Positions 8,656 to 17,584 of a DNA stretch of 64,000 nt are shown here, piece after piece. Every line of letters begins with the position of its first letter. Within the stretch, counting starts at the first letter, position 1. The stretch covers positions 89,439 through 153,438 of the forward strand of contig VBDU01000071.1 in assembly GCA_005883625.1 (NCBI GenBank), in the 5' to 3' direction. The stretch is from Chloroflexota bacterium. GTDB lineage: Bacteria > Chloroflexota > Limnocylindria > P2-11E. The notes under the pieces are model-generated. The model did no database searches. It was not told where the DNA came from and worked only from the letters and a program-made list of their open reading frames with translations. A program made the translations under genes and the position numbers.

Positions 8656-10154
8656 GCGGCGCGCGGGCGCTCGTCCTGCTCTCGCTCGCGCTCGTGGCCT
8701 TCCGCCTCGCGTCCGCCGCGCTCGTCGTGGTCCAGCCTGGGTTCACCGACGCGTTCTATTACGCGAGCGTCGCGCGGCGTCTCGCGCACGGCGACGGCCT
8801 GACCGCCGATTTTGTCTGGAACTTCATCGAGGCCCCGAATTTCGCGCCGCTTCCCGTGCCCAGCCATCGCTTCTGGATGCCGCTCACCTCGGTCGTGCAG
8901 GCCGTGGGGATCGTCGCGCTCGAGCCGGCGCTCGGGACGTTCCGCGCGGCGCAGGCCGCGATCGTCGCGGTCGGCGCGTTCGTGCCGGCCGCGGCGTACC
9001 TCGCCGCACGCGCGATCGGCGGATCGTCGCGCGCGGCGCTGGTCGCGGCGGCGCTCACCGGCATCGGCGGCGGCGCGTTCGCGCCGGCCTGGGTGACGCT
9101 CGATTCGTTCGCGATCGCGGCGCTCGTGGGCACCCTCTTCTTCGTCGCCTTCGCGCGCGCCGCGGTCGGCGACGTCCGCGCGGGTGCGCTCGGCGGTCTG
9201 TGCGTGGGCCTCCTGTTCCTCGCGCGCGCGGAGGGCGCGCTCTTCGGCGTCGCCCTGCTCTGGCTCGCCGCGCGGGCCGGCTCGCGGCGCGCCGGCCTGG
9301 CGGGGAGCCTCGTCGCGCTCGCGATCGGCGGCGCCTGGCTCGCGCGGGGCGTTTCGCTCGGCGCGTCGCCGGACCTCATGGGGCGGACGGCGCTGCTCGC
9401 GCGCTACGAAGACTTCTTCGCGATCCGGCCGACCGGCACCGCGGATCTCGCGACCGCCGTCGGCGTGCGGGTCGCGGCACTGGCGTCCGACCTCGGCCTC
9501 GTCGTCATCAGCCTCGTGCTGTTCCTCGTCGTCCCGCTCGCGCTCGCGCTTCGCGCGCGGTGGCGGCTCCCGGCCGTCCGCGCCTTCGCCGGCCTCGCGC
9601 TCCTTCTCTACCTCGTCGAGAGCCTCGTCTGGACCCTGCACGCGACACGCGGGTCGTACTTCCACTCGCTCGCCGCGCTGTTCCCGTTTGCCATGGCGCT
9701 CGCCGCCGTGGGCGGGGAGATCTTCTTCGCGGCACGGGCGCCGGGGCTGGCGCGCGTGGCTGTCGCCGGGACGCTCGGCGCGTCGTCGATCCTCGCGCTG
9801 TTCGCGCTCGCGCTGTGGGGAAGCACGTACAACGCGTCGTACAAGGCCCGCTCGGCGGCGCTCGACGCGATCCCGCCGGGGCCGTTCCTCGCGATCGACG
9901 CCGCCGCCTGGCGCTGGATCGCGGATCGGCCCGTGGTGGTGACGCCCGCGGACGGGCCCGACGTGGCGTCCTGTGCCGCGGCGCGCTACGGGGTGCGCAG
10001 CGTGGTCCTCGAGCCCGCGCATTTCTCGAGCTACGACGACCTCTACCGCGGGGGGTCCCTCCCCTGGCTCGGACCGCCGACCGACCGCGACGGCATCCGC
10101 GTCTATCCGATCCGCGGCCAGCTGGGCTGCTCGATCCTGGAGGGCCGCGGTTGA
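8652..10154 (+). CDS. ArnT/PMT-family GT-C glycosyltransferase (GT39/GT83-like)
   Basis: GTGA overlap start. First-loop acidic motif QPGFTDAFYYASVARRL resembles the DE..Y motif of the family. About 12 TM helices with a C-terminal periplasmic domain. Confidence 0.65.
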   Translation: MSGARALVLLSLALVAFRLASAALVVVQPGFTDAFYYASVARRLAHGDGLTADFVWNFIEAPNFAPLPVPSHRFWMPLTSVVQAVGIVALEPALGTFRAAQAAIVAVGAFVPAAAYLAARAIGGSSRAALVAAALTGIGGGAFAPAWVTLDSFAIAALVGTLFFVAFARAAVGDVRAGALGGLCVGLLFLARAEGALFGVALLWLAARAGSRRAGLAGSLVALAIGGAWLARGVSLGASPDLMGRTALLARYEDFFAIRPTGTADLATAVGVRVAALASDLGLVVISLVLFLVVPLALALRARWRLPAVRAFAGLALLLYLVESLVWTLHATRGSYFHSLAALFPFAMALAAVGGEIFFAARAPGLARVAVAGTLGASSILALFALALWGSTYNASYKARSAALDAIPPGPFLAIDAAAWRWIADRPVVVTPADGPDVASCAAARYGVRSVVLEPAHFSSYDDLYRGGSLPWLGPPTDRDGIRVYPIRGQLGCSILEGRG

Positions 10155-11461
10155 CCGCGACGCGGCCCGCGCGCTCGTACCTGCCCATCGCCGCGCTCGC
10201 GCTCCTCGCGATCGCCCTCACCGCGGCGTACGCCGCCGCGCTCGGCCCCGACCCGGAGCCACGGCGCGACGACCAGGTCCAGTACCTCGCGCTCGCGCGG
10301 GGCCTGATCGAACGCGGCGAATTCACGCGGGCGGGAGCGGGCGAGCCGTTCGTGCCCGAGCCGCTGCGCTTTCCGGGCTATCCGCTGCTCCTTGCCGCCG
10401 TCTGCCGCACCGTCGGGTGCGAGCGCATCGTGGCCGTGCAGGCGGTGCTGCTCGCGCTCGCGGTGGTGCTGACCGTCCGCTTCGGCGCGCCGGCCCTGGG
10501 GGGGCGTCGCGCGCTCGTGGCCGGCGCTCTCGTCGCCGCCTATCCGACCTTCGCGTACTTCGCGGCGCTCACGCTCTCGGAGATCGCCGCGACCGTGCTC
10601 CTCGCCGGTGCCTGCGTCGCCTTCGTCGCGATGGCCGAACGCCCGTCGGCGCCCCGTGCGCTCGTCGCCGGCGCGCTGCTCGGCGCGCTCGCGCTCACGA
10701 GGCCGTTCTTCCTTCCGCTGCCGCTGCTGCTCGCGGCGCTCGCGCTCGGTTCGCGGCGTCGTTCCGCTCGTTCGCTCGCGCCGGCGCTCCTGCTGGCGAT
10801 CGCGGCCTTCGGCGCGGTCCTCGCGCCACAGGTCGCGTATTCCCTGACGAGCTTCGGCCGTCCGCTCGTCGGCAGTCTCGGAACGCAGCTCTGGCTGGGG
10901 TATTTCCAGGGCCTCGCGCCGGCGGACCTCGACGACTTCCAGCGCGCGGAGGCCGACGCCGGGCGCGCGGCCATCGCGCGCCTCGAGAACGCCGCCGACC
11001 GGCGGACGCAGGCCTACGCGTTCGTCGCGCTCGACGACGAACTGCGCGCCCGGGCGCTCGTGCTCATGGCGCACGATCCCCTCGGGTATCTCGCGCGCGG
11101 CGCGGTGCGTTCGGTCGTGCTGTGGGCCGGCGAGGTGCCGGCGCGTGACGCCGGTGCGACGCTCCCCGACGCGGTGCGGTCCGCGTGGCTCGCCCTCGAG
11201 CTCTCGTTCCTCGGCGTCGGCCTCGTGGGCTCGGTGCGGCTCGCGCGGCGCGGCGATCTTCGGGCGCTCGTGCCGCTCGCGCTCGTCCTCTTCGTGTGGG
11301 CGCTCTCGTTCCCGCTCTGGGCGGAGGGCCGCTTCTCGCTGCCGGCGAAACCGCTCCTCGCGATCGGCGTGGTCGCCGCGCTCAGCGCGCCGCGGCCCGG
11401 CGGACCTTCCGAAGCTCGTCCGGGCGGACGAGCGGCGCGAGGCGGAGCATCTCGCCCATAG
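10151..11461 (+). CDS. second ArnT/PMT-family GT-C glycosyltransferase
   Basis: TTGA overlap start. RRDDQVQYLALARGL is the first-loop motif. Polytopic. Confidence 0.6.
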   Translation: MTATRPARSYLPIAALALLAIALTAAYAAALGPDPEPRRDDQVQYLALARGLIERGEFTRAGAGEPFVPEPLRFPGYPLLLAAVCRTVGCERIVAVQAVLLALAVVLTVRFGAPALGGRRALVAGALVAAYPTFAYFAALTLSEIAATVLLAGACVAFVAMAERPSAPRALVAGALLGALALTRPFFLPLPLLLAALALGSRRRSARSLAPALLLAIAAFGAVLAPQVAYSLTSFGRPLVGSLGTQLWLGYFQGLAPADLDDFQRAEADAGRAAIARLENAADRRTQAYAFVALDDELRARALVLMAHDPLGYLARGAVRSVVLWAGEVPARDAGATLPDAVRSAWLALELSFLGVGLVGSVRLARRGDLRALVPLALVLFVWALSFPLWAEGRFSLPAKPLLAIGVVAALSAPRPGGPSEARPGGRAARGGASRP

Positions 11462-11476
11462 ACTCCTGCGCGGGAC

Positions 11477-12877
11477 GTGAGGACGATCACCGCGGCGTTC
11501 TTCGCGTCGCTGGCCGCCGCGGCCGCGGCGAGCGCGCCGGCATCGGATCCGGACCTCTTCTGGCATCTCGCGAGCGGCGCGTGGATGCTCGACCACGGAC
11601 GCCTCCTCGACCAGGACGTCTTCTCGTTCACGAGGACGGGCGCGACCTACCAGACCGGTCAGTGGCTCGGCGAGGTGGTGCTCGCGTTCGTCTACCGGCA
11701 GGCGAGCTGGCTGGGCGTCGACGTGCTGCGTGCGGTCCTCGTCGGTGCGGCGGCGTTCTTCGTGGCGCGCGCCACCGCCCGCGTGCAACCGCACATCGGC
11801 TGGGCGGCGGTCCCGATCCTCGCGACGATCCTCGTCTCGCGCACGATCTGGGGCGACCGGCCGCAGCTCTTCACGCTCGCGCTCGTCCCGGCGGTCTTCG
11901 ATCTTCTTCTCGCCGTCCGACTCGAGCGTCGTCCGCGGCTCCTCTGGATCCTGCCGCCGCTCTTCGTGCTCTGGGGAAACTTGCACGGCGCGTTCGCGAT
12001 CGGGCTCGTGCTGGTGACGGTGTTCGCGATCGAGGCGGTGCTCGTGCGCGAGAGCGCGCTGCGCCGGCCGCTCGTCCTCGCGCTCGCCGCCTCCGTCGTG
12101 GCGAGCGCGCTCAACCCGGCGGGAGTCCGCGCGCTCGCGGCCGCCTCCGCCTACGCGTCGACGTCAGGCGCCTACATCGTCGAGGAAGGACCGCTCGACG
12201 TGCTTACCGGTCCCGGCGTCGTGTTTGCCGCGATGCTCCTCGTAGCCCTGGGCATCGCGCTCACGCTTGGCCGCGAGGCCATCGCCCGGCGGATCGGCGC
12301 GCCGGTCCTCTGGCCCGGCCTGGTGATCGCGTTCGCGCTCCTCGGGCTCGCGATCCAACGCCAGGTCACGTTCGCGTGCGTCGTGATGACGCCGTTCCTC
12401 GCCGCGGGGATCCCGGCCGTCCTCGGCCGGCGCCCGCTCGCCCCCGTGGCGCTGCCTCGGGCGATGGTGGTCGCCGCGTGCGCGCTCTTCGCGCTCGCCG
12501 TCGCGACGGTCGCGGCGGTCGCGGCCCCGCGCGCTCCGGATCTCGCGGCATACCCCGCGGACGCGCTCGACGCCCTCGCGACCGCTCACGGAAACCTGCT
12601 GAACGAATATGACTGGGGCGGCTACCTCATCTTCGCGAGCCCGTCGCACCCCGTGTTCATCGACGGCCGCGGCGCGACGCTCTTCGTGCCCGGCGTCCTC
12701 GACGATTTCGAGGAGGCCGTGCGCCTGCGCCCCGCCTACCACGACGTCCTCGCGAAACACGGCATCGCGCTCGTGCTGCTGCGGCCGGATCGTCCCCTCA
12801 CGGTGGCGCTCCGTGAGGACGGCTGGCGCGCGCTCGCCGAGCGATCGGGGCGTTGGGTCCTCCTCGCGCGACCGTGA
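11477..12877 (+). CDS. polytopic membrane protein, GT-C-like; tandem paralog A
   Basis: 466 aa with DLFWHLASG, WGNLHGAF, EYDWGGYLIF and VFIDGRGATLFVP motifs shared with the next gene. Confidence 0.6.
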   Translation: MRTITAAFFASLAAAAAASAPASDPDLFWHLASGAWMLDHGRLLDQDVFSFTRTGATYQTGQWLGEVVLAFVYRQASWLGVDVLRAVLVGAAAFFVARATARVQPHIGWAAVPILATILVSRTIWGDRPQLFTLALVPAVFDLLLAVRLERRPRLLWILPPLFVLWGNLHGAFAIGLVLVTVFAIEAVLVRESALRRPLVLALAASVVASALNPAGVRALAAASAYASTSGAYIVEEGPLDVLTGPGVVFAAMLLVALGIALTLGREAIARRIGAPVLWPGLVIAFALLGLAIQRQVTFACVVMTPFLAAGIPAVLGRRPLAPVALPRAMVVAACALFALAVATVAAVAAPRAPDLAAYPADALDALATAHGNLLNEYDWGGYLIFASPSHPVFIDGRGATLFVPGVLDDFEEAVRLRPAYHDVLAKHGIALVLLRPDRPLTVALREDGWRALAERSGRWVLLARP

Positions 12878-14271
12878 GGCCTTCGCTCGTCGTCCCGCTG
12901 GCCGCCGGTGCCGTCTTCGGCGCGCTCGCGACGATCCAGGCCGTGAGCGACACCGACCTCTGGTGGCATCTCGCGACGGGACAGCAGACGCTCGCCCACG
13001 GCCTCGCCCGCACCGACGCGTTCGCCTGGACCATCGTGGGCCGTCCGGTCCTGCTCGACCAATGGCTCGGCGACGTCCTCATCGCGCTCGCGTACGCCGC
13101 GGGGTCGTGGCACGGGGTGATCGCGCTCCGCGCGCTCGCGGTCGCCCTGCTCGTGACGCTCGTCGTCGGCGCGGCGCTCGCGGAGCGTCCGGGCCGTCCC
13201 CTCGTGGCGCTCCTCGCGGCGCTGCCGGCGATCATGCTCTCGCGCTCCGCGTACGGCGACCGTCCGCAGCTCGAGGGGTACGTCCTCTTCGCCGCGCTGA
13301 TCTGGCTGCTCCGGGCCGGACAGAAGGGATCGTTGCCGGCGCTCGTCGCGACCGCCCCGCTCCTCGCCCTGTGGTCGAACCTCCACGGATCGAGCGCGCT
13401 CGGACTCGGCCTGATCCTCGTCGTGCTCGCGGAGCGCGCGCTGCGCGACGGCGCCTTCCGCCGCACCGCCGCGGTGCTCGCGGTGGCCGCGCTCCTCGCG
13501 ACGCTCCTCACGCCTGCGGGCTTCGGATCGTGGGCCTCGTCGGGCGGTCACTTCCTCGCGCCGCCGCGCTACATCGAGGAGGAGGGCGTGCCGAACCTGC
13601 GCAGCGTGCCGGGCCTGATCTTCGCCCTTGTCCTCGCGCTCGTCCTGGGGACCGCGTTCCTCGGTCGCGGCGCGCGCCGCGCGGAGGCGGCGCTCCTGCT
13701 GCCGGTCGTGTTCGTCTCGCTCACCGCGGCGCGCCACATGCCGTTCTTCGCGATCGCGGCGGCCCCGTATCTCGCGGCGGAGGGGCCGGCGGCCCTCGCG
13801 TGGCTCGCGCGGCTCGCCGGCATCTCGGCCCGCGTCCCCGACGCGTCGCCGGCGCGGTCGTCGTGGCAGGTCGACGTCGCGGCCGCCGCGCTCGCGGCGC
13901 TCGTGCTCTCGGTCGCCGCCGCCGCGGCGCCGGGCGATCCGGATGAGTCCTTCTATCCGCGTGGCGCTCTCGCGGCCCTGCCGCGCGGTCCGGGGTTGCT
14001 GAACGCCTACGACTGGGGCGGCTGGCTCATTTGGAACGCACCCGATACTCCCGTCTTCATCGACGGCCGGCTCTTCCCGTTCGTGCCGGACGGGCTCGCG
14101 GACTACCGGAGCATCGTCGGCCTGCATTCGGACTGGCGCGCGGTCCTCGACCGGCGCGGCGTGCGGGCGCTCCTGCTCCGTCCGACCGATGCCGCTGCGG
14201 TGCGCGCGCGCGAGACGGGGTGGACCGTGGTCGCGAGCGGACCGGATTTCGTGCTGCTCGCGCGACCTTAA
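12853..14271 (+). CDS. polytopic membrane protein, GT-C-like; tandem paralog B
   Basis: DLWWHLATG, WSNLHGSS, AYDWGGWLIW and VFIDGRLFPFVP motifs. Alternative start GTG 12874 gives a GTGA overlap. Confidence 0.6.
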   Translation: MGPPRATVRPSLVVPLAAGAVFGALATIQAVSDTDLWWHLATGQQTLAHGLARTDAFAWTIVGRPVLLDQWLGDVLIALAYAAGSWHGVIALRALAVALLVTLVVGAALAERPGRPLVALLAALPAIMLSRSAYGDRPQLEGYVLFAALIWLLRAGQKGSLPALVATAPLLALWSNLHGSSALGLGLILVVLAERALRDGAFRRTAAVLAVAALLATLLTPAGFGSWASSGGHFLAPPRYIEEEGVPNLRSVPGLIFALVLALVLGTAFLGRGARRAEAALLLPVVFVSLTAARHMPFFAIAAAPYLAAEGPAALAWLARLAGISARVPDASPARSSWQVDVAAAALAALVLSVAAAAAPGDPDESFYPRGALAALPRGPGLLNAYDWGGWLIWNAPDTPVFIDGRLFPFVPDGLADYRSIVGLHSDWRAVLDRRGVRALLLRPTDAAAVRARETGWTVVASGPDFVLLARP

Positions 14272-14380
14272 TTCATATACTCCGCGCACGAAGGAGCCGA
14301 CCCGCCTACCACGAGACAGCGACGATCTCGACACGCAGTTCGACGCCATCGTCGACACGCTGCGTCGTGACGTCCGCCGT

Positions 14381-15283
14381 TTGCGCCAGCAGGTCGAACG
14401 CTTCGGGAAGGCCTACCACAAGCAGGCGGAGGCGCTGACCCGCCGTGCCGACACCGAGCTCGACGAGACGACCGCGCGTGCGAACCGCCGCCTCAAGCAG
14501 CTCCGGCTGGTCGTCCAGCACATCGAATCGACCGCGGCCTACCTCCTCGGCACCGGGATCGGTCCGGCGGAGCAGGTCGACGACGAGCAGATCGAGATGG
14601 CGCAGCGCGTCCTCGAGAGCCTCGAGGCCGAGCGCGAGCGGCTGTATCGCGACGTCCACGACGGGCCCGCGCAGGTCCTCGCGAACGCGATCTTCGAGGT
14701 CGAGTACCTCGAGCGCGTCGCCGAGCGGGCGTCGTCGGAGGTGCGGCAGACGCTCCGCTCCGAGCTGTCCGGCCTCAAGGGGCAGTTCCGCTCGTCGCTC
14801 GACTCGGTGCGCGCGATGATCTACGACCTTCGTCCCCCCGAGCTCAGCGAGCTCCCGCTCGCGGAGGCGATGCGCAACTACGGGAGCGAGTGGGAATCCC
14901 GCTGCGGTATCAAGGTCGCGAGCACGCTCGACACGGCCGAGACCGGCCTCACGCCTACGGCGGAGCTCGCGATATATCGCGTCATGCAGGAGGCCCTGCA
15001 GAACGTCCACAAGCACGCACGCGCGACGAGCGTCGGCGTCAACTGGTCGCGCTCGAACCGGACCTGGGTGCTCCACGTCACCGACGACGGCGCCGGCTTC
15101 GACATCGTGAAGGCGGCGCGACGTCAGAAGTCGGTGGGGCTCCTCTCCATGCGCGAGCGCGCCGAGCTCATCGGCGGCACGCTGCAGATCCAGTCGACGC
15201 CCGGGAAGGGGACCGCGGTGACGCTGCTCCTTCCGACCGAACAGACGATGGAACGACTCCGGAAGGTGGAGGCCGATACGTGA
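14381..15283 (+). CDS. cytoplasmic HisKA_3 sensor histidine kinase (DegS-like, no TM); start uncertain
   Basis: H-box RDVHDGPAQ, N-box QEALQNVHKHA, G1 DDGAGFD and G2 GLLSMRERAELIGG are all present. Coiled-coil N-terminus. An AAGGAG site at 14291 has no canonical start within 80 nt; the first in-frame canonical start is TTG 14381. Confidence 0.6.
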   Translation: MRQQVERFGKAYHKQAEALTRRADTELDETTARANRRLKQLRLVVQHIESTAAYLLGTGIGPAEQVDDEQIEMAQRVLESLEAERERLYRDVHDGPAQVLANAIFEVEYLERVAERASSEVRQTLRSELSGLKGQFRSSLDSVRAMIYDLRPPELSELPLAEAMRNYGSEWESRCGIKVASTLDTAETGLTPTAELAIYRVMQEALQNVHKHARATSVGVNWSRSNRTWVLHVTDDGAGFDIVKAARRQKSVGLLSMRERAELIGGTLQIQSTPGKGTAVTLLLPTEQTMERLRKVEADT

Positions 15284-15984
15284 GCGAAAAGAGCGAGCGG
15301 GCGATCCGGATCCTGATCGCCGACGCCAGTCGGATCACGACCATGGGGATCCGTCAGGTGCTGGAGAAGGAACAGGACTTCGAGATCGTCGGTATCGCCG
15401 GCGACGGCGAGGAGGCCGTGGCGAAGACGAACGAGCTCGAGCCGGACGTCCTCGTCATCGAGGTCGACCTGCCCCGGCTGTCGGGCATCAAAGCGACCCA
15501 GCGCGTGCGGCGCGAGCTGCCCGCCGTCGGCGTCATCATCCTCACCGCCCAGGACCAGGAGCAGATCCTGTTCGAGGCCATCCGCGCGGGCGCGGCAGCG
15601 TATCTTCACAAGGACTGCGAGCCGACCGAGCTCGTCGACGCCATCCGCAAAGTGCGCAGCGGGCAGTTCATCATCAACGAGAAGATCTTCAGCCGGCCCG
15701 CCGTCGCGTCGAAGGTGCTCGCCGAGTTCCGCGAGCTCTCGGTGTACGGGCCGGGCTCGACGCACGTCTTCGCGCCGCTCTCCCCGCGCGAGGTGCAGAT
15801 CCTGGACAACATCGCCCAGGGCATGACGAACAAGGAGGTGGCGTACGCACTGGCCATCTCCGAGCAGACGGTGAAGAATCACATGTCGAGCATCCTGCGG
15901 AAGCTGTCGGTGAACGACCGCACGCAGGCCGTCGTCTACGCCATCCGGCAAGGGTGGATCAAGGGTCCGGAGATAGGCAATTGA
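15280..15984 (+). CDS. NarL/FixJ-family response regulator (REC + LuxR HTH)
   Basis: GTGA overlap start. Receiver motifs LIADAS..., VIEVDLP and T/K residues, with C-terminal LuxR HTH EVQILDNIAQGMTNKEVAYALAISEQTVKNHM. Confidence 0.85.
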   Translation: MSEKSERAIRILIADASRITTMGIRQVLEKEQDFEIVGIAGDGEEAVAKTNELEPDVLVIEVDLPRLSGIKATQRVRRELPAVGVIILTAQDQEQILFEAIRAGAAAYLHKDCEPTELVDAIRKVRSGQFIINEKIFSRPAVASKVLAEFRELSVYGPGSTHVFAPLSPREVQILDNIAQGMTNKEVAYALAISEQTVKNHMSSILRKLSVNDRTQAVVYAIRQGWIKGPEIGN

Positions 15985-17015
15985 GCACGGACGCGCCGAG
16001 CGTCATCGCCGAAGTCACGTCCGAACGGCAGAAGATGACCGCGGAGATACGCGAGCTCGACCTGCTCGTCGAATCGACACAGACCGAGGTGAGCCGCCTC
16101 AAGGCCCGCGAGGACCAGACGAAGGCGAAGGTCGACGAGGTGCGCACCAGCGCCGCGGACGCGAAGCGCGAGGAGATCTTCGGCGCGTCCGACGAGTACA
16201 CGGTCGCTCTCGGCCGGCGCATGACGATGGAGGGACAGCTCGCGACGCTCCAGGGGAAGCGCAAGCTCCTCGATCGGAGCGCGCAGCTCCTCGCCATGGC
16301 CGCACGGCAGCTGGAGGAATATTCGGTGCCGCCCCTCCCGGCGGATGCGAGCCCCGTGATCGACGAGGGCAAGCTCCTGCAGGCGGTCGTCGACACGCAG
16401 GAGGCCGAGCGCAAGCGCATCGCCAGACAGGTCCACGACGGACCGGCGCAGGCCATGGCGAACGTCGTCCTGCAGTCGGAGATCAGCGAGCGTCTCTTCG
16501 AGGTCGACCAGCAGCGCTCTCGTACCGAGCTCGCCTCGCTCCGTCAGATGGTGAACAAGACCTTGCAGGAGCTGCGCGGCTTCATCTTCGAGCTGCGGCC
16601 GATGATCCTCGACGATCTCGGGCTCGTGCCGACGCTCCGCCGGTACGTCCAGACGCTCATCGACAAGCATGGCGTGCGCATCGACTTCTCGAGCACCGGG
16701 CGCGACCGCCGTCTCCCGTCCGACGACGAGGTCGCGATCTTCCGGCTCATCCAGGACTCGCTCGTCGAGCGCATCGAGAAGGCGCAGGCGAAGGACCTCG
16801 TTCTCGGGATGGCCTGGAAGGAGGACACCCTCGACATCCTCCTGCAGAGCGACGGCAAGGAGCTCCCACCCGATGGCGAGCTGCAGTCGGGGCTGCGCCG
16901 GAGCGAGCGGCTCGAGCTCCTGCGCGGCGAGTCCACGCACGAGACGCGCGCTGACGGTACCGTCCTGCTGACCGTGAAGGTCCCCGTCCGCTCCGCCCCG
17001 CAAGTCGTCACGTGA
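15981..17015 (+). CDS. second cytoplasmic HisKA_3 kinase-like protein with degenerate ATP-binding domain
   Basis: TTGA overlap start. The H-box ARQVHDGPAQ is retained, but the N-box Asn/His are lost (SLVERIEKAQA), the G1 box is lost (SDGKELPPDG) and the G2 box is lost. Confidence 0.7.
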   Translation: MSTDAPSVIAEVTSERQKMTAEIRELDLLVESTQTEVSRLKAREDQTKAKVDEVRTSAADAKREEIFGASDEYTVALGRRMTMEGQLATLQGKRKLLDRSAQLLAMAARQLEEYSVPPLPADASPVIDEGKLLQAVVDTQEAERKRIARQVHDGPAQAMANVVLQSEISERLFEVDQQRSRTELASLRQMVNKTLQELRGFIFELRPMILDDLGLVPTLRRYVQTLIDKHGVRIDFSSTGRDRRLPSDDEVAIFRLIQDSLVERIEKAQAKDLVLGMAWKEDTLDILLQSDGKELPPDGELQSGLRRSERLELLRGESTHETRADGTVLLTVKVPVRSAPQVVT

Positions 17016-17584
17016 GGTCTCAGGGCGCTCCGCCCCCCGAGACCCCCCTCGCGTCGCCCCCCGAGACCCCCCGAACTCGCGAGCTCACGACGGACCAGGT
17101 CGCGGAATACCTCGAGGCCACCTGCGCGCTGGTCGAGGCCGAGCTGCGCGCGCTCGGCGACGACGCCTCCTGGCACTTCGATCCGCGGGAGTGGTGCGCG
17201 AATCAGGTGGTCGGTCACGTGGTGGAGGCCGAGAAGCGCGGCTTCGCCGGCCGGATCCGCGAGATCCTCGAGGGCAAGCGACGGACGGCCGCGTGGGACC
17301 AGGCCGCGGTCGCGAAGGAGCGCGACGATTGCGCGCGGATCGCGCAGAGCCTCTGGATGGAGTTCATGGGCGTACGCAACGGCTCACTCCAGCTCGTGCG
17401 CTCGCTGGGGCCCGGCGACCTCGGGAAGGGCATCGAGCACCCGAAGGCCGGGCGCCTGACCGTGCGCGATCTGCTCCACGAGTGGGTGCACCACGACCGC
17501 AACCACACCAAGCAGCTCCTCGCGCTCGCGCAGGAGCGCGTGTGGCCGCACATGGGGAACGCGCAGAGCTTCAAGGGCGAATAG
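17012..17584 (+). CDS. DinB/YfiT-family (DinB_2) putative metal-dependent enzyme
   Basis: GTGA overlap start. HEWVHHDRNHTKQL is the DinB_2 His triad. Confidence 0.65.
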   Translation: MRSQGAPPPETPLASPPETPRTRELTTDQVAEYLEATCALVEAELRALGDDASWHFDPREWCANQVVGHVVEAEKRGFAGRIREILEGKRRTAAWDQAAVAKERDDCARIAQSLWMEFMGVRNGSLQLVRSLGPGDLGKGIEHPKAGRLTVRDLLHEWVHHDRNHTKQLLALAQERVWPHMGNAQSFKGE

